From Paraspadella gotoi (Eukaryota > Animalia > Chaetognatha), in contig CM119271.1 of the NCBI GenBank assembly GCA_051294375.1, positions 1,234,721 to 1,298,720 on the forward strand: a DNA stretch of 64,000 nucleotides. Reading direction: 5' to 3'. Made by a program: the position numbers and the translations under genes. Shown here piece by piece: positions 35,537 through 47,900 of this stretch (its first letter is position 1; each line of letters begins with the position of its first letter). The notes below the pieces were generated by a model. That model saw nothing but the letters and a program-made list of their open reading frames with translations. It was not told the origin of the DNA and made no database searches.

Positions 35537-38500
35537 ATGGGTCGATCGTCTAAGGACAAACGGGACGTTTACTATCGTTTGGCCAAGGAGGAAGGATGGC
35601 GCGCGAGGAGCGCCTTCAAACTTCTTCAAATCAACGAGGAGTTTGACATTTTCAAGGATGTACGTCTTTTAAAATATGTTGGTATTCTTATGGTTTGGTT
35701 GTTCTTTAGAAATCCTATTCTTCTCAGGTCAAGAGAGTCGTGGATCTCTGCGCTGCCCCTGGAAGTTGGAGTCAAGTTTTGTCACGTAAATTGAGGCCGA
35801 AATCGGCAGATGGAAAAACTCCGGTGAGCAATTTTATAATTTTATAATTTCACACTAAAATATTTTAACATTCAAAAAATTTTTAAATTTTTTAGCCCGA
35901 TCTGCTCACAGCAGATTCCGGCTTTATAATTCTTTTTGTCGGTGCGTCGGTCCGCCCCCCCAAGCTTGTCGGGCATTCACTTATATCATGTCAGAACATC
36001 GAATTATGATAAAATATGCAAAAAAAATGATGTCCCCCCCCGTCTGTCTTTCTGTCCGTCCAGATTGGAATGAAATTTTGTGTGTGGGTAGGAAATAGTG
36101 TTCCGATAACCGTTAACTGTTAACGCTTATTAACGGTTAAAAATAATTTTAACTTAACCGTTAAATATTCATTTTAACGGTTAAATTCGGTTAATTTTCA
36201 AATGTGATTTTTTTCATATTTTGGTATGAAATCTTTAAATTTAAAAAAAAACTATTTTTTTTATGTTCTCTCTTATTCTCCTCTCCCCTTCTCACCATAT
36301 TTTTACCCTCTCTCTCTTCTCCAATTTTCTTGCTTTTTCCCTTTGTTATTTTCTCCTTTTTTTTCTATCCTCATCTCTCTCTTATTCTTTCTTCCCCTTT
36401 ATTTATCTCCTCCTGTTCCTTTCTTTTTCTTTCTCACTTTTCCCCTTTTTCTTTCCCCTTTTTTTCTCCTTTTTTCGCCTTTTGCTTTTACCTTTTTCCT
36501 TTTTTTTGCCCTTTCATGCAATAATATATATTCAATTTAGCTAAAAATAAATAATCCCTATTTTACTTTTTCTCTCATTTTCTTTCCCTCTTTAAAAATT
36601 AACAAAGAAGCAAATGAAATCAAACCGAATGAATGAAAAAATGAATAAAAAACCAAATAAAAATTAAAAAAAATTTAAAAATTAATAATAGAAGGAACGA
36701 ATCTAAAAAAGACATATAAAAAAGAATAATGATGATATACTTTTAATTAAACTGAAAAATATATTTATTAATCAATAAATATTTTGATCAATCGATAAAT
36801 CAACCAGTCTATCAATAAATTAAAATTCATATTTATATTTATGGTCAATGACCATTGGTCATAGTTTATGAAAGACCAACAACAGAAAACAAGCGTTTAA
36901 GAAACTAACACTACAAAAATAATGGGGAATAGAAGAGTAGAGAAAAAAAAAGAGAAAGCAAAAGAGAGAAAGAGAAAACAAAATATAGAATTAGAATTTG
37001 ATGGTATCCTTCCTTTCGTTTCGTTGTGTTATGAGATTACAAAAAATATTTGTTTTGTTACAACAACAATTTTATTTGACATAAAAAATAGACATGTTTC
37101 GACTCTGTTTCAAGTCTTTATCAGCGCATTCAAGAGCCAGAGTTAAAAAGAAAATACCATTAAATACTTTATTTTGTTTTAAATCTTAATATTTTAAATT
37201 TAAAGTTGAATTATAAAATTAACCGATTTTAACGGTTAATCGTTAAAAATGTTAGTTTTAACGGTTTAGCGAATTTCCTAAAAAAATAACGGTTATCGGA
37301 ACTCTAGTAGGAAAGTGTGTGATTAATTGGAAATCAAGTTTTGATGGAATCGTCTTAGTGGAAATGACAAAATGGAAAAAACAAAAAAATATATTTCACT
37401 GTTTGAACGCCAATTACTCATGAGTGAATGGGGCAATTGACTTCAAATTTTGTATGTGGGTAGGAAAGTGTGTGATTGAGCTGGAAATCAATTTTCGATG
37501 GAATTGTCCAAGTGGAAATGAGTTAAAATGGAAAAAACAATCTATTTCACTATTTGATTATGCTTTTTTTATTTTTATATTAAAGCTGCATTAATTATTA
37601 ATTAATTTGTAATTAATTAATTAATTTTGTGATCGAGATGGTTGTTTTGTGATTGTGAGGTGAGACAGTCTAAAACGATTTTGACACGAATAAAATAAAA
37701 TAATTAGTTAATTATCCGATCAGCTGCTTACCGCTAATGATCGTGGGCAGATCCGACATTGTTTGCTTAAACTTGTTTATTAAAAACTGTATTATTTCAT
37801 CGATTTCTCTGTTTTCAAAATCTCTCCCCCCCCTTCAGGACGATGTGAAGATCGTGGCCGTCGACCTCCAAGCAATGGCCCCCCTCCCCGGCGTCATTCA
37901 AATCCAAGGCGACATCACCAAGACCTCCACGGCCGAGGAGATTGTCGATCACTTCAAGGGCGAACAGGCCGACCTCGTCGTCTGCGACGGAGCTCCTGAC
38001 GTCACCGGCTTGCACGACATCGACGAATATATTCAGGTGTGAGGGAATATAGATAAAACTAACTCCACTTGTAAAGGTCTAACATATTCAATTTGCTTGT
38101 ATCGCAGCTTTTGAGATAACTTTCATGTTTATTTCAAATCAAGGTACCTCAATCTACACGGATTTAAAATGGGAGTGAAATGAAAGGATCAAATACTGTG
38201 GCCAAATTATTTGTTATAGCAACCTCAGATTTTGCACTCTGGTAGAAAAATCGCTGACGTTTATATTTTCCAACTCCAAGTAGGCCAGCTTGCTTACTTT
38301 CTTAGTTTCTTAGTCAATGGCATGGTCAAATTTCAAAAAAGCAATTTTTTTTGCATTTGTATAGGACCTTTCTGTTATAAGATATATTTCTATGAAAAAA
38401 AGTAAAATGTTTGAAAATTTCGGTTCATCTTACAAATATAGACTTTGGAGTATGTTTCTGAGCAATCTAAATGTCAATAACTTTTTCACAACCACAATGA

Positions 38501-41435
38501 CAGCAATTTTCATTTTTTAGGTTTTCTAGTTAAAAATTATAGAAAATAAAAATTTCAGCTTTAAAAAATAATTGGAAAAAAACAATGATCTTGCAAGAAC
38601 CTGTTGCCTAACTAAACCTTGACATATATTAATGAAAATTTTTTTGCTTACTCCCGAGACATACTAACTAATAAATATAGAATAAATTAAAATTTTTATA
38701 TCAATTTTTTTCACGATGAGTTTAAAATTTAATTATTAAATAAGAGTTGAAAATGTTGCAAAAAAGGCTGCTGGAAGGCAAGCGCACCAGTTGCTATGAT
38801 GTGAAGTATTATCAATTTGCTTTATAGGAACATAAACGTCAGGGAATTTTCTAACTAATGAAATGAACAAATATTAATCGCATTCAGTCATTTAAGAGTT
38901 ATAACAATTCGTTTCATTTCACTCCCATATGAAATCCGTGTATTTATTCGGCTTGCGTCAGTGTAAGAGATGATTATTTAATATAAATATATTTAATATA
39001 TATCAGTGTAGATTTCAAGTCCCATTTTCTCTTCGCTTGAAAAATATATGTCATTAAAAAAAATGTCACCTTACAAGATAATGCTATTTTTATTATTATT
39101 AGAAGGTGAATAAATATGAATATATATAATATATATAAATATGAATAACTGAATATTCAATTTCTATTGATAAGTGGGATAAAAGCCATTTGCTGTCGAA
39201 GCGCGTCGTTTCAACAACTTGTTATCTTTCCCTCCCACCAAGGCTCAACTCCTCTTGGCCGCCCTCAACATAACGACACACGTGCTTAAGCCGGGCGGAA
39301 CCTTTGTCGCCAAAATCTTTCGCGGCAAAGACGTGACGTTGCTCTACGCCCAGCTCAAGCTCTTCTTTCCCCGCGTCATCTGCTCCAAGCCTCGATCCAG
39401 TCGTCATTCCTCCATCGAGGCCTTCGTTGTTTGCCAAGAGTACGACCCACCAGCGGGATACGTCCCTTCCATGATGAATCCTCTCTTGGGTTAGTCTAAT
39501 TGTGTTTTTTAGTCTTCGATAAAAATGACAACTCATCTCGTTTCAATCATCAAGATTCAAATTACGACGTTGACTTCAACCAACTGACTGGAGTCAATAG
39601 GGTCATCGTCCCTTTCCTCGCTTGTGGAGATTTGAGCGCCTTCGATTCCGACAAGACTTATCCGCTTAACTTGGACGGTAGACTCCTTATTATTAGAAAT
39701 AATTTATGAATATAATTACAATTACAGAAGGCTTCATCTTAGAAAATGCTCTAACCGAGAATCGGTTCTGACCAAATCACTGAACCAAATTTTGTGTACA
39801 GTATCCAAATGGCTGAACAAATGGGACGAGCGAGGCGATTTTCAATATTTTACCCCTGAGCAATAATACAGGGCCAGGGGGGCAAAAAACGACCAAAACT
39901 TTTTTTTAAAATATAAATTTTTTTTGTGGGATAATTTGCATTAATGTCTTAGAAAAACCGTTTTGAAACGAATTTTCAAAAATTTAAATTGGTTTTTTTG
40001 AACATTGTTAGTCCACCATTTTAGATATAATTTTTGCTCTCCTAACGAAAGCTGGCATGAACCTCCTATGTTCTATTGTTCATGATCCTGAAAATGGGGC
40101 AAAAATTGGTTTTTCACAATAATAGATTTACTTTTCTGGACAAATAAACGTTTCTGCAACTGTTCAGGATAAAAAAATTTAACAAAATTTGAAAAAAAAA
40201 TTTGTTCATTTTTTGCCCACCTGGGCTGACCTCTTTGGGGCCCATATCTCGGGTCATAGGTCAAATTTCAAAAATTCCCTCCTTAGTCCCATTTCTATTG
40301 CCCTATAGTTAGTTCATGCAAAATTTCATCAATAACGGTCTCGTAGTTCGATCGGAACGAAAGAGTATTTTCTAATATAAAGCCTTCTGTAAAGGCGTAG
40401 TAAAATTTTTAAATTTAACTTTAATTAAAATTTTAAAAGTGAGGAACGAACAACATTATATTAATGAACATTTATGTAATAAAAAAATTTATAATAAATT
40501 TTACAATTTACGCAGTAGGCCATATTTATACTAGTACTAAACCAATAAATGTTAAAATTTCAAAACAGTTTATTCTAAGATTTTTTTGCAGTAGGCTATA
40601 TTTATATATAGTACTATCCTTATAAAATTGAAAAAATTTAAAAATAAGCTTTTCTTAATTTTGATTGAAGATTTGAATTCCTCGTCAAAAGTTGATAAAA
40701 GAAAATATAAATCATTTTTAAAAATTCCTTCATTAAGTGGGTCAAAAATTAGAAAAAGCTATATTTTAAGCTAAAAATTAACTTTTTATATATTAAATAT
40801 AGTTTTTGTAATTTTTAACCCACTTAATGAAAGAATTTTTAAAAATGATTTATATTTTCTTTTATCAACTTTTGACGAGGAATTCAAATCTTCAATCAAA
40901 ATTAAGAAAAGCTTATTTTTAAATTTTTTCAATTTTATAAGGATAGTACTATATATAAATATAGCCTACTGCGAAAATTAAAAGACATAAAATTAATTTT
41001 TTTTACAAATTAATGTTCACTGATGGTATGTTGTTCATAATTGACTTTTAGAATTTTCGTATGTAACTTTCACTACGCCTTAGTATATAGTTGTAACTAA
41101 TTTTTTACGATTCGTATTCGCAATATTTAAAATAAGGTCGAGGAGAGTACGTTTATCATCCGCCGGTCCAAACGCCCATCCATCCTCCTTACGAGCAAGC
41201 TGTCGCCCTCAAGAAAAAGGGCGGTCTTGGAAAAATCACCTCCAACATGATCTCACTCAGCATCGCCGATTGCGACGCCGACACCACCGAGCCCGACACC
41301 TCCCCGACGCCAGCCTCTGGTGAATCGGCGTCTCTTCTCGGCGCCGATTCGATGGAAGCATCGGCTTCCGGCGTCGCCGAATTGCGAAAAGGAGATGATG
41401 ATGATGATAAAGCGGCGCGAAGCAGTAATGCTTAA
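35537..41435 (+). CDS. FTSJ1: tRNA (cytidine32/guanosine34-2'-O)-methyltransferase FTSJ1/Trm7, 6 exons
   Basis: Exons ~35537-35659, 35728-35823, 37839-38037, 39243-39490, 39555-39677, 41117-41435. Motifs [97 protein letters not shown]. Confidence 0.96.
36096..37306. mobile_element. Non-autonomous hAT-type element (MITE) with 8-bp target-site duplication
   Basis: TIR tagtgttccgataaccgtt / aacggttatcggaactcta. TSD gtaggaaa at 36088-36095 and 37307-37314. Subterminal aacggtt/aaccgtt repeats. An empty-site version of the host unit is at ~37455-37480. Confidence 0.88.
37091..37127 (-). ncRNA. Penelope-type minimal hammerhead ribozyme motif, variant core (CTGATAA)
   Basis: Minus strand gcg-CTGATAA-A-GACTT-gaaaca-GAGTC-GAAA-CATG-TC. 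Confidence 0.6.
38157..38940. mobile_element. TA-flanked MITE (Tc1/mariner-type ends) in FTSJ1 intron 3
   Basis: TIR cacggatttaaaatgggagtgaaatgaaa / tttcatttcactcccatatgaaatccgtg, with TA on both sides. Confidence 0.85.
39725..40389. mobile_element. TA-flanked MITE in FTSJ1 intron 5
   Basis: TIR cagaaggcttcatcttagaaaatgctct / agagtattttctaatataaagccttctg, with TA on both sides. Confidence 0.85.
40392..41081. mobile_element. Foldback/palindromic MITE with near-perfect ~385-bp internal palindrome (40588-40972)
   Basis: Ends aaggcgtagt / actacgcctt. Inner arms gcagtaggctatatttatatatagtactatccttataaaattg... are mirrored almost exactly. Confidence 0.8.
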
Positions 41436-41926
41436 GAATATTGAACCCATCATCCTTTCAGCATTGACTCGCTCTCCCGCTGTTTGGCAGGGGGGAAATT
41501 TTTAGACAATCGTATTTATTTTTTACTTTTTGCTTATTGTCTTGAAAATAACTGGATCCCCGTACTTTGAATACAATCCACTATTGTATTATTTTTTTCT
41601 TACTATTACTTATTATGTTGCTACTTTTACGCGAGAGAAGGTAGAAACGTTTCCCCCTTCCTCCCAATTTATCTTCCCAACCGTCACCACCTCCCCTTCC
41701 CGGGAGACGGGAACGGATTTCTCCCCCCCGAGGATATTTCAAACTCGAGCCAACGATGTGTCTTTAAAAACCAAATACGAATAAACCAAAACCCGCCTGT
41801 GTGTGTAACGTGTGTGCGCGTGTGTTTCTAAAAAAGGAAAAAGAAGAAAAAAAAACTTTAAAAAGTGAAAAGAATTTGGAAAGTGGGCCAAAGGTTTCGC
41901 GATCGTCGACGCCGAATTTTTCGGCG

Positions 41927-44900
41927 ATGAACGCTGACGTCATCTCCGGATCGGCGGTGGATCTTCCGCCCGGCGCCGTCGTTGGCGCCGTCGTTCCCTT
42001 CGCCGGCGTTCAAGGTTCGGCATCTACTTTATTACTATTTGAGACACAGAAAAGAGAGACGTTTAAAGTAAAACACCAGTGAAACTAACTATATATTTTT
42101 TAAAAGCTTTCCCGATTATGTGAAACCATTTCGATATCATTTTTTTTTTAAATCCTTTTTATATCCAAAAAAATTCCAGGCGCAGCAGGGGGCCCTCCTC
42201 TCTTAAACGGCCCACCCCCGCCGGTGCCCAACGGGCCAGTAGCTCCCGCGAACGCCACCGCAGCGTCGGGCGCCAGTGTAGCGCCACCCGGCGCCCGAGC
42301 CATGGTGCGCGGCGCCCCAGCCAACGTGATGGACGGCGTGGGCACTCGCGTCGTTCGCGGCCCCGACTGGAAATGGGGCAAGCAGGACGGCGGCGAGGGT
42401 CACGTCGGCACCGTGAGAAACTTTGAGAGTCCCGAAGAAGTCGTCGTCGTTTGGGACAACGGCACCGCGGGTGAGGATTATGTCACCGATCGGCATCTCC
42501 GATTCCGTGCAACTTACCTTTTTTACTTTTCCTCTTCAGCCAATTACCGCTGCGCGGGCGCCTACGACCTACGCGTGTTGGACAGCGCCGTCACCTCTGT
42601 CAAGCACGAGGGCACCATGTGCGACACCTGCCGCATGCAGCCCATCTTCGGGCTTCGCTGGAAATGCGCAGAGTGCGCCAACTATGACCTATGTTCTCAG
42701 TGCTACCACGGGGACAAGCATCATCTGAGGCACCGGTTCTACCGGATCAACGTGCCCGGTGGGGTTTTTTTTTTTTTTTTTGTTCAATATTTACAATTAT
42801 AAATACAATCTGTAATCATAAATGTAATCTTAAACTCGAAACTGAATAAATAGGCGCGGAACGCGTCCCAGTGGAACCGCGCCGGAAATCGAAGAAGATC
42901 CCGATGCGCGGAATTTTCCCCGGATCGCGCGTCGTTCGCGGCGTCGATTGGCAGTGGGAGGACCAGGACGGGCGCGGTCGAGGAAAGGTGACAGAGATTC
43001 AGGACTGGAGTGCCGCCTCCCCGCGCTCCGCCGCCTACGTCGTTTGGGACAACGGCGCCAAGAATCTCTACCGAGTCGGTTTCGAGGGAATGTCCGACCT
43101 TAAGGTCGTCAGCGACGTCAAGGGAGGTGAGATGCTGTCATTGGATTGACATTTTTTAAATTTTTTTTTTTATTTTACTTTATTTTATTTGAGTTATATA
43201 GATTTGATTGAAATTTATTCATTGTTTGAGATTGATTGAGATTTAGTTATTGTTTGACATTTTATTTATTGCTCTAAGGTCGGGTAAGGCTGGCTCGTCC
43301 TGTCAAGATTATTTTTGGTATAGTTGGTAATCAGCACAGGTCTTAGTGGGGTTTTTTCGTGGTTTCGCGCCACTCTAACTAAGGTCGGGTAAGGCGAGCT
43401 CGTCCTGATGAGTGAGTAAAAATGAGACGTGAAATGTTGGAGAGGAGAATATATACTATGTAAAGGTTTTCATCGGTAAAGTCAAAGACAAAATGTCTTA
43501 AAGGGAGAAAACTTGAGAGAGGGAAAAAGAAGGAAGCGTGAATGAAAAACCGAAACCCTTGACTCGATCCTCGAAGCCCTGGAGGAGGAGGTGGAGGATG
43601 AGGAAGTGATGCCTGCTGGCGAAACCTATCGTCTCTTTCTGTATTGTTTGATATTTATTCAGATTTGTTTGTTTGAGAATATCAGAATATCAATATAATT
43701 GGATTTAATCCCAATCGAGCTCCTCGTCCGCAGGCTATTTTTATCGTGATCATTTGCCGCTCCTGGGCGAACCCACGGGCGGCGCTCGCGGCGCCAACTC
43801 TATGCTGCAGATCGGCGATCAAGTAAACATCGACCTGGACCTCGAGATTGTCCAGTCCTTGCAGGTAGGAAGATTTTGTGTCGCCTTTTAAACAAAAGAA
43901 AAAATATTGAAAACGACTTGCGTTTTCCAGCACGGACACGGTGGTTGGACGGACGGGATGTTCGAATGCCTCGGCTCGACGGGCGGAACCGTCGTCGGCA
44001 TCGACGAGGATCACGACATCGTCGTCGCATACCCGAGGTAAATATGGCGTTCAATGAAACTTCCAAGCATGTTATGAAACTTATTTAATAATACATAGGT
44101 AAAATCGTTTTATTTGAAATGTTTACCTTCTTCATAGTATACGAATGAGATTGTTGTCTACATTCTAAATTCTGTCACCCTTCAGCGGAAACCGTTGGAC
44201 CTTCAACCCGGCGGTGCTGACGAAGGTGATCGCTCCCTCGGGCTCGAGTCACGACCCGCCCCCCGCCGCCGCCCCGCCGCTCTTCAACGTCGGCGACCTC
44301 GTTCAGATCTGTTCCGACGCGGAGAGGATGAAGGTGAAGTGGACAATGGTGGAGAGAGGGTTGGCCACTGGGTGTGGGATAAGGAAGAAATTCTTGGTTG
44401 GATATAAAGAAAACTTTGTTTTAGCGGGTAACAGCGAAATGTGTAAAGGATTTGAGAACTTGTATAAGAAGATAATTATTAGTAAGATCTATCTGACAAG
44501 CGGGAATTCCTAGATTGACGCGGAACTAAGTACAAAAGGGACCCTAAAGACTAAAGAGTCAGATAATCCATGCAATGTACGATTTACTGCTGGGAGGAAA
44601 ATATTTTATTTTTTTCTGGGAAACGCAACGAACTTTAAATTGAGCGAGTCTTGTATTATGCAGGTTTTGTAATTACTATGTCGTTGTGAATTGGAATGAT
44701 GCAATTTCCTTTTGGTATTGAGGCAGTTTTTTTTTTGTGTTGTTTAAATCCAGAAAAGTCGATAAAAGACAGAGAGAGAGAGAGAGTTAATTAATGCTGC
44801 GCCGCTGCCGCCCTGTCGGCTGTAGGCTTTTATTTTCGAACAAATGACTCATGCTTTCGCACCAGCCTGTTTTTCAAACTATATAAACGCCCCGGACTTA

Positions 44901-47900
44901 TAGAACGCGAAATGTGTTTTCACTACATACTTGTCAATTTTAGACCAAAATTTATATTAAACAATAAAAGTCTATAAATAAATAACAATAAAAAATTGAA
45001 TACAATTTTTTTACGAGTGCCATATTTTTTTATTTTATATATTTTTCGTTTCATTTATTTTTGTATATGTTTCTTGCTTCTTAGACTTGGTATGTTTGTG
45101 CATAATGATTGTCACCGAAACAATGCAAATGTCGAAGGTCTCCCTATTTTAGGACTAAGCTCTGACGAACAAAGCCAGAGGTTTTTTTAATATATTCTTA
45201 TACCGGCCAAGGTAGAATGATGGCAATATTGTTAATATTAAGTTTCAAAAAAATCCTACCATAAATATAGAAAATATCAACCAAAATCTTCGGAAAATCC
45301 ACCCCTTCTTTGGAAGATTTTCGCCATAGAAGATTTTTACTGAATCTGACTCCCGGTTGAAAACTCTTAGAATTCCGATGTTAGCTGCTCTTTTACTTTT
45401 ACTTTAAATAAAAATTTCACCAAAATGGACTAATGCACTTTCCCATGATCGTATAGAGAATACATCGTCTTTTTTCCTGGTGGCTCGATTTCGATAAATT
45501 TGGTACCGATCGACGTGGAATTACGTCTAGTTTACTGATATAAAATTTCATTAAAATCGGTCCATGCGTTAAAAAGTTATGGGCAAAAAACGACGAAAAA
45601 ATAGCGCTTTCCGAGGGATCAACTTTCGCCGCTCAACGAGCAAAAAAGTGGTTAACATAAGATTTGAACTACGTAGTACTAATCATTAGTCCGACCGAAT
45701 CGACGGTAAAGCCGAAATCCTCGTTCCGGGCCCAATAGAAATAAATTGAAAATTACGGAACTGACAACGGAAAGAAAATATTGATATAGGAAACGGATTT
45801 ATAAGACAATTAGGTAATATGATTACTGATAAAACGTAAATAAGTAATTGGATGATAATTTAATACCAATTGGGGTTACTTGTCTCATTAAAAAAAAGTT
45901 GGACACTCTTCTGCCCCAACCTCGTCCGGCGTTGGCAACGTCCAGGCGTTTCCGGCGTCGCCCTTGGTCGAGTCCAGTGGGAGCAATCGTTGAAACGCCA
46001 CACATCTTGTGGAGAGGGCGGAAAACCGACTCACTGGTCACCTCGACGTCCGAGAAGAGATCTCTCACGCTCAGCGCCGTCCTTCTACCGCCTCAAGCTC
46101 GGCCGCCACCTTCTCCGCGGTCGATCTGGCGCCTGAGGACTCGGGAGCTACTGCCCCTAAGAGGAGGCGACTGGATGGCTCTGACGAAGTAAAAGGCGCA
46201 AGCCAAAGGTCTGCAGAGGCGCCGCAAACTCTCGTTATGTCAAGTCGAAATATTTATTATTCCTTGCCTCTCTTTCGCTCGGTAAAATTCTGAGACTGGT
46301 CATTTTGAATGAAGTCTTTTTAAAGGTTAATGTTTTCTTTATTCTGGCTTTTTGATACATTTTCATTCATGACCGAATCATGTAAGCGACTGCCATTAGA
46401 ATTTAAGTTTCTATGGGTTATTGATAATGTGAATAATAATAAAATAAGATTTATCCAAAAACTCATTGTACTAATTTGAACGAGCAAAGGGGCACACAAG
46501 ATACAGATAGTAGTTTTCAGACTACTGAGCGCCTTATCCACTTATCTTTATTACATCCTATTGCTGCACTAACTCGTCTTGTGGGCTAAAAATAAATTTT
46601 GATGTTCAGATAAAATATTTGAATTTTAATGACTCTTAATTTCAACAATTTAATAAAATTTTAAGATGTTTAGTTAAGCTAAGTCAGTTATATATAATCT
46701 TTTAAAATTTTAAGTTAAAATAGAAGTTATTAGTAAACTTTAACTAATTCTTTAACTTGTACCAAATATTTAGATATTTAATTATATTTAAGTTTAATTT
46801 ATTATGATAAATAGCTTTAAATTAACCCCAACCTTGTGTTAAATAATAACGACAGAATAGTGCCCATTTATATTTTGTAACTTATCTTAAGGAAAATAGT
46901 ACAGAAACCAGCACGAAACTCTCATAACGACGCCGATCTGACGACGCTGAATATTCTTGCCAAAGGCGTCAACACGCATGGTGAAGGCGATACGCGACGT
47001 CAATGTCAGCACTTTATATCGGTTATTCGCTACACATACCAAAAAGAAGTTTGAATGCAATCCAATTTTTCATTTTCAGGAAATATTTAACCACTTTAAA
47101 ACAGAAAAAGTTTGATAACCACATACAGGGGTGGGACCTATATCAAGACAAAACTTAACGTCCTGCCATGTCTGAACAATTTGAGATACAATAATAAAAT
47201 CAAAATGAGTGTCGAAAGTTTATTCTGGCCTTTTATTTTTATACAATAAAAAAAGAGATTTTTAAGCAACTACAAGGCGTCGTGGATTTTTTCAAAACAT
47301 TGTTTTTATGGGCATTGTATTGCATACGATATAAGACATACTTGTTAATATTTTTCAGTAGTCGTTTCTGAACATGACAGTGATATGTCTTATCTTCAAT
47401 TCACCTGATTTTAAGCTTTTCATCACTATCCAAATTAAACCTATTTAATTTTTGGCTTATTTTTACATTCGCCTACTGGGATTTTGAGCGACGCAAAATT
47501 AAAAAAAGATATTGGTAAGGGTAGAAAAACTTTTTATTACAAATTCCTAACCATCCCTAATCCCTAATTTCTAAAATTTCAAAATGATTTTTTAAAAATT
47601 ATAATAACAGATTCGGATTCGTCAGAAAAAACTTTTGTAAAATGTTTCATAATATAATAGTTTTATACAGAATGGAAATAAGTAAAGAATTTTGACTTTT
47701 TAAAATTTAAAACTGTCGCAGACGTATTTGCTGAGAACTGGACAGACGTCGTCCTTGAGAGGATTTCGGTAAACGGATTCCCTCTCTCCGAGACCTCATG
47801 TACGCCAAGTCCATCCTGCCGCGGATCGGGGCGGATCCTCGATAGGAAGGGTAACGGAGGAGGGCGAGACGGGGAAGAGTGGTTTGGTGGTGGAGGCGAA

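Larger units (their letters stand above)
35890..37780 (+). mobile_element. Helentron/DINE-1-like non-autonomous repeat interrupted by an hAT MITE
   Basis: Begins ttttagcccgatctgc..gcagattccgg, has a gtctgtc/gtccgtc microsatellite, internal tandem unit (aaattttgt.tgtgggtaggaaagtgtgtgatt) and a 3' gcagatccgac. A related inverted copy lies at ~51250-51530. Classification is inference. Confidence 0.5.

Noticed and set aside
36204-36544. Three overlapping Phe/Leu/Ser-rich 'membrane protein' ORFs
   Set aside because: Translation of a CT-rich low-complexity tract inside the hAT MITE.
43404-43436. ctgatgag...gaaa as another hammerhead
   Set aside because: No stem II pairing and no stem III or cleavage triplet.
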